Assembly (NCBI GenBank): GCA_037379345.1
Contig: CM074522.1
Coordinates: 24,304,001 to 24,368,000 of the forward strand
Length of the DNA: 64,000 nucleotides
Source of the DNA: Perna viridis
Taxonomy: Eukaryota
Direction: 5' to 3'
Both the position numbers and the translations under genes were made by a program. Every line of letters begins with the position of its first letter. The stretch's first letter is position 1. Below the pieces are notes generated by a model. That model saw only the letters and a list, made by a program, of their open reading frames with translations, made no database searches and was not told where the DNA came from. This document shows, one piece after another, positions 59,101 to 64,000 of this stretch.

Positions 59101-62009
59101 TTTCATTAACAACTCACTCATTTCATTTCAAATGTAAGTAAGTTTTCACCATTCCTTAGTTTCAGAATGTTTTAACAAAGTATAAAAGATGATTTATCGT
59201 TTGAAAAAAAAAGATATCGACTTTTACCATTCTTGTTACGTCTGTCTAATGGAGAAGGTATAGATATTCTTTCCATTTTCACCTTATACTCAATACAACA
59301 AAAACTGATGTTCAAATCAGCAACATTCTATTCTGATATACTACTACTCAAGGAAATGACAATTTAATTCAATGAATTCTTCTCTTACCACTGATTGAAT
59401 TGAAATAATTGTTGTTATACAAATTAAATTCCGTCTTTCATAATATAAATGAGCATATTAATATTTTTTTTTACATTATATTCTTACATCAAATGTAATC
59501 CTAGAAGTAGTGCTGGAACTATAAATTATTCTTTTGAAGATATTAAGGTAGAACATACCATTAAATCTAGTAAATATGAATTGTTTTCTAGTTTTTTCTT
59601 GATGATGACTTTGAATGAACATACCTAAGAGTTCAAATTTAAAAACTTAAGTCACCGAGATAATTAAACCTTTTAAATGTATTTTTTTTTACAAATTTTA
59701 GCGACATATATTAAAGTCATTGCTTTATTACACGAATCAACGTCGTTGTGAGACTTTATTTTCGTTTTTTATTCCTATGTTATAATAATACGCTATTAAA
59801 TTCTACATTACCGCTTTTGATCTATCTTTAGCGTAATCGTGCAAACGGAAAGATTTTGTTGCATTTGACCGAATTATGAATACATGGAATAAAACGATAT
59901 GGAGACAACTACATGTAGTAAAGGGTGATAATTTTGAAAAAACTAATAGGTCATGGGCTGGAAGTGTCGACCTTTAACCCTTACCATCAACTTTCCGATA
60001 ATTTTCAGGTAGCTTTATACCGCTCATTTACAATCAACAGACCGCCATTAGAAGAATACTTTGGGGTTCTTTTTAGCTCACCTGGCCGAAAGGCCATGTG
60101 AGCTATTGCCATCACTATGTGTCCGTCGTCCGTCGTGTCCGTAAACTTTTTTCCAACATCTCCTCTGAGACAAAAAAATAAAAAATAAAAAAAAATAAAA
60201 ATAAAAAAAAACCAGTTGTGTTTAGCTAAAATCTGGCAGGAATTAAACTTATTCAGCATGATGGGATTACCTACATAATCGTGAATGCTGACATTTTCAG
60301 AAAGATCCGTTGACAAATGGATAGTTATGGCACCTGAAATGGATTATTTTAATATCTCCTCTTAGATAACTTGTAGGATGGATTGCAACCAAACATTGCA
60401 TGAATGTTTGTTAGGATATCCTTTACAACATTTCATCTGTCGAAGTCATGGCCACCACTAATACAAATTGACGACTTGTTGAAATAACTTGAGAACCAAA
60501 GGGTTTAGCCAAATTTTCCGGGGGGATTAATCAGCATGGTGAGACCAACATATATTGAACTATTCATAATGGTCTGTTGCTCAATGTTGGAGTTATTGCC
60601 CTTGAAGAGATAAAAAATGACAATTGGAGATTTATTTCATAATATGAAAACCAGGCGGATAACTATTATGATCTTTTCTTTCGTCACAAAATTGTTACAG
60701 AACACCACATTTTTATGACAGGGGAGCGTCATCATCTTAAAACAAATAAACCAATAAACGGTAATGAAAAGTCCATATCTTTAATTGTTAAATTTATAAT
60801 AAAGTTTTTATATGAGTACTTAGAAAATGTAAAAACCAACATTCTTCATTGTAATTATTTGCTTTATTTAAATAAAGTTCTGCAGGGTATATATCTTTAG
60901 CATAAATATTGAAGTCGTCGTTATTAAGAACCAATATGTCGTCCAAATATCTGAAAGTATTATTAAATTTATCTGTCAAATGTTGCTTTCAATGGTCTCC
61001 ATTTATTCTAGTCATAAATTGTGATTCATAACAATACAGAACGATGTCCACAAAAAGTGATGCATAATTTGTTCTCATGCATATGGGAATTCAAATAACT
61101 GGAGGATAAACGGTATTACTATGTTGTCTAACAGGGCCTAGAATCAAGATTGGCTTTCACATGATTATCAGAGAAACTCTTGATCACAATACTTCTCTGT
61201 TTACAACATGTTGTATGTGACTGCTGCTATATGATAGTATATTATCATTGGTGTATAAATCACTTCTTGAAACAACGTGAAATATATCGTGAACAAGGAT
61301 ATGAAAAAGAACAGGTCCCAAAGTTGACCTCTGAGACACCCTTTTAAATATGTCCAAAAAAGGAATGCAAATTAAACTAATTTGCGCACACTGCTACCTG
61401 TTTTTAAGATAACTTTTTAATAAAGAGAGGACATTTCCAGAAAAGTCATAGCTTTTAAATTTCAGCAGGCACTGTTCATGCGATAAGCATTCAGAAGCCA
61501 TCAATATGGCAGCAGTGACATTATTAATATCCAATGATCTACGCCGGTCTTTAGTAACATTAATTAAGACATCTTGAGAACTGTAACCAACTGTAGAAAA
61601 TTTTACATCTGGTATAAAAGAATTCACATGTTTGAGATTCAATAGCTCTCTAAAAAGTTTTGAGATGGTCGGTAATACACTAACTGGTCTGTGATTGTCT
61701 TCATTTACAAGTATATGGTCTTAATAAAAAAAATAATATATGATTCAAAAACCTTTTACATGTTTTCTAATTTTACTTATATGTGCTTGTGTACTGTCTA
61801 ATAAATTTCAAACATAATACAACAATAACATGATCTTTATTGTCATTTCGTTTCAAAGTACTTCCTGATGGCTCGATAAAACTAGCTGCATCAAGATATG
61901 GATATAAAGGAAGAGTCACCATTAAAAACAACGGAACCTGGGGCAGTATTGACAGATGGTCAATTGGATATGCCGAGGCTGATATGCTTTGTCGAATGTT
62001 GGGATACAG
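44110..62009 (+). CDS. Secreted/surface protein: signal peptide + Ig domain + at least 3 SRCR domains (3'-incomplete)
   Basis: Exons 44110-44191, 46163-46290, 51768-51987, 52246-52396, 54228-54424, 55145-55289, 57461-57666, 61859-62009; GT-AG with consistent phases. Ig: VALKC...FV|W...DSGYYRC. SRCR: IRLV...WGGLCD...ACRSLGY; GTVCAD...ICKMIGF; GRV...WGSID...LCRMLGY. Confidence 0.88.
44340..44670 (+). repeat. Degenerate minisatellite (GGCGTGTATCAT units) in intron 1 of the Ig-SRCR gene
   Basis: Alternating ...ggcgtgtatcatttttcatcac and ...ggcgtgtatcatacatgtacctactact sub-units. Confidence 0.85.
46163..46290 (+). CDS. Ig-SRCR exon 2 (Ig N-half)
   Basis: VHETRGAKFLPPYYSNYGVYKQRNVALKCRVSAGEGDNVKFV; strong polypyrimidine tract. 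Confidence 0.8.
47266..47905. mobile_element. pogo/Tigger-like non-autonomous DNA transposon
   Basis: TA-CAGTCAAACCTCGGTAGCTCGAAC ... GTTCGAGCGAGTGAAGTTCGACTG-TA; repeated GTTCGAG subterminal motifs. Confidence 0.8.
48277..48652 (+). mobile_element. Family A PLE 3' end, well preserved (RT tail + structured 3' region)
   Basis: RLKSSLQKFYGRRHELVDRYGVSICTMKTDLF, then a 14-bp closing stem 48426-48439/48514-48527. Confidence 0.85.
49520..51283 (+). mobile_element. Decayed hAT (ZMYM1/THAP12-like) DNA transposon
   Basis: PLTTGRQRNRANP...DYWRVTKYYAFLDHLLSELIDRL and KDLYPNV transposase motifs; right end CTAGCTACGCCACCG resembles a CAGTGGCGTAGCTAG-type TIR. Left boundary uncertain. Confidence 0.65.
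51768..51987 (+). CDS. Ig-SRCR exon 3 (Ig C-half)
   Basis: WQKVN...SKLLIRRTETNDSGYYRCRAS...YINVN. Confidence 0.88.
52246..52396 (+). CDS. SRCR1 N-half
   Basis: PIRLVSKSVEGNGLIQVLHKQHWGGLCDLGFTNIEATIACRSLGY. Confidence 0.92.
54228..54424 (+). CDS. SRCR1 C-half
   Basis: VWTRDINCPLHALDLSTCSGWGDFIGCNSWLNGPAIIVC. Confidence 0.88.
55145..55289 (+). CDS. SRCR2 N-half
   Basis: SEGIVQVTKNGFMGTVCADSIYGKEVDAICKMIGF. Confidence 0.9.
57461..57666 (+). CDS. SRCR2 C-half
   Basis: ILQNLTCPGDAYRLNDCTHAGWGKECEGCKCRNQHPLALKC. Confidence 0.9.
57686..58138 (-). mobile_element. Family B tRNA-containing element with ~45-bp terminal direct repeat, next to (TA)n
   Basis: atagaaaggtctgaaaaa...cgatgttagaactgt at both ends, period ~408. 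Confidence 0.85.
58288..59070 (-). mobile_element. Second Penelope-type remnant (RT thumb + GIY-YIG)
   Basis: NSCYPSHLTKSISFSQAL; CNSAIVIYLRHCPICGFHYVGESKQPF...RLNGHLSD...PVSQHF...REGCWIKQL. Confidence 0.85.
60073..60700 (+). mobile_element. Helentron/HINE-like element
   Basis: TTAGCTCACCTGGCCGAAAGGCCATGTGAGCTATTGCCATCAC + (GTCC/GTC)n; same terminus as 14637. Confidence 0.7.
60830..61110 (-). mobile_element. PLE (Naiad-like) RT core fragment
   Basis: ...LYCYESQFM...KFNNTFRYLDDILVLNNDDF...IYPAELYLNKAN. Confidence 0.75.
61280..61710 (-). mobile_element. LINE (CR1/L2-like) RT fragment
   Basis: NHRPVSVLPTISKLF; LLKFKSYDFSGNVLSLLKSYLKNR; GVSQRSTLGPVLF. Confidence 0.7.
61859..62009 (+). CDS. SRCR3 N-half
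   Basis: SIKLAASRYGYKGRVTIKNNGTWGSIDRWSIGYAEADMLCRMLGY (the supplied ORF 61898 is in the wrong frame). Confidence 0.88.
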
Positions 62010-62299
62010 GTAACAGTGTACCTAACAGAATATATAGATTATTAACTTGCATTTTCTACATCGGCTCATGTATCTACACGATACTCCAATATAAAGCCGG
62101 TCATCTCGAGGACTGAAATGGGTTGTGAGTGAATAGAAAGCCGTAATAATGCAATGCCATTGTAATTTGATCACATGTCCAAAAAAAAATTATAGGTTAC
62201 TATTTTATAATCCTATTCGAATTGCATTTCTTTATATATAATAATAAGACAATTATTTGATTTCAGATCAGAACGTTAGTTTTATAAATGATGACGTAA

Positions 62300-63470
62300 T
62301 TAATCAAGGGAACCAATATGGTAGTGGAAATCAAATGAATGTAATCCTGGGACAGTAATTAGACATGGAAAACAGACAAACACAACAAAGAACATAAAGA
62401 GTAATCAAGGGAACCATGGTTATAGCGGTAATCAAAAGAGTGTAATCAAGGAACAAATACCAAACATGGGAAACAGACATACACAACAAAGAACATAAAG
62501 TAACTATAATCATACATACAAAGTAACAAAAGCAAATGAGTAACTCGGATTCCACTAAAAACTGGGAGCATGGACCAGGTGCACCGGTAGGGTAAGCGTC
62601 CTCTACTTTTCTAGAAACACCTGCCCAGGCTCATAAACAGTCAAGTCCGGGGTAGACAAACGAGAAAATGAAAACTATAAAATAAGTAAATAATACATAC
62701 AAAGTAACAAAAATAAAAAATCAACTCGGAATCCACTATTAACTGGGAGCATGGACCAAGTGCACCAGTAGAGTAAGCGTGCTCTAGAAACACCCACCGA
62801 GTTGCTCATAAAAAGTCGTTTGGGGTAGCCGAAAGAGGATAAGAAAAGTATGACACTTTGAACAAATCCGTTTTCAAGGGGCAGATGGATACACCGTAAC
62901 AATCCACGAGTTCAATCTTAGACCAACATTACCCTGTTCCAGGAGAGCCAAATTGTAAGAAGTCTAGCGCGATACAAAAGTCTGCGTTGTCACGGCAAGC
63001 TCTGGCATAACGTATGAGTTGTGATATGAAAACTCATTACGCAGGTGCTGAAGGGATGTTGCAATAATTGAAAGGAAAATTGATAATACTAAATGAAAAA
63101 TCATCGCATTTGTCATATAGTTTGGTATATAATTTTCCCTTACCATCGATTTTTTAGTGTACGTTGAGATATGATGCTGACTTCACATTGTCTGTAGTAT
63201 CCTTTATCTCAAATTCTTTGGGGTAGATGCGATGTATCAAAACTAAGAATGGTAACAATAATACGTCATCGATATGGAAGAAACTGATATTAAAGGATCC
63301 GGCGAAACGATGTTCTTTCTTTCGGATCAGATCGGCACTAAATTCACTCATAAGAGTGAAGGAGTAATCAAGGGAACCAAGGTTATAGCGGTAATCAAAG
63401 GAATGTAATCCAGGGACAAAGACCAAAAAAACAGATATACACAACAAAGAGCATCAAGTAACTAAAATCT
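62300..63470 (-). mobile_element. Family A Naiad-like PLE: 5'-truncated RT flanked by repeated 3' ends (pseudo-LTR arrangement)
   Basis: SFNISFFHIDDVLL...IYPKEFEIKDTTDNVKSASYL, KLYDKCDDF; 3'-end copies at 63360-63470, 62680-62900, 62400-62670 and 62300-62400. Confidence 0.85.
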
Positions 63471-64000
63471 TGAAGGAATGGGTCAGCAATTAGAGCACAA
63501 TTTGTCCCATTAGCGTGCCGACCGTTTGTTCAAAAACGTGTCCACCACACTGCCATTGACAACGGGCCGATACCAATGACGTTGTCTTTAACGACGGGTC
63601 AATTACTAGTTATCAGCCCAGATCTAATATCGGCGTGAATCTCCCGGCGTTATAAATGGGAAGGAGACGTTCCTAATTCTTCCAAATATCAGATCAGCTA
63701 TTATTACATAGCATGACACGTTCGATTTGTAAACAAAATATTCTCTAAAAAGCGTAAATCCTATTAATACTTGCGCAATCATTGAAATGAACGAGTCACT
63801 TTTTATTGTGTTCGTCAATTAAAATGTCATTCACCAAAAATAGATATGTTTAAGAGGATCTTGATTTGTTGATATTTTGTTACTAACAATAGCGACATAT
63901 CGTGGCTTTTTTTTTGCAATTGACATATAACTAAATCACGTGATATGACGTCGTGAGACGATTCATTTGGTTTGTTTATTTGTGAATGGGAGTTAGTTTT

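Noticed and set aside
63600-64000. C-terminal half exon of SRCR3
   Set aside because: The AG acceptors I tried hit stops in the required phase and show no SRCR cysteine pattern; the exon probably lies beyond the window.

Overview
AT-rich, repeat-dense, intron-containing animal DNA. The repeat families (Helentron/HINE satellites, Penelope-like elements, CAAT-tailed retroposons) suggest a bivalve such as an oyster; this is inference. I assembled two + strand genes by hand from GT-AG junctions with consistent phase. (1) 1453-40192: a complete 14-exon, ~788-aa furin/kexin-family (S8B) proprotein convertase with an intact Asp/His/Ser triad, oxyanion Asn and P domain. It is atypical: acidic dibasic-flanked repeats precede the prodomain, subsites are remodelled (HGTQVAG, RKTR maturation site, RGN for RGD), there is no Cys-rich domain, and a Thr-rich mucin stalk ends in a GPI-type signal with no cytoplasmic tail. 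(2) 44110->62009: a gene for signal peptide + Ig domain + at least 3 SRCR domains that runs off the window. Non-coding space holds decayed CR1, BEL/Pao, hAT and Penelope elements, MITEs and Helentron-like repeats. Three retroelement families merit follow-up: ~13 copies of a Naiad-like PLE 3' end with a conserved, possibly pseudoknotted RNA fold; a ~410-bp circularly permuted tRNA-Leu-containing element in (TA)n tracts; and a headless CAAT-tailed retroposon. Most short ORFs in the supplied track are repeat-derived or antisense shadows. No searches were run; family assignments rest on recognised motifs.
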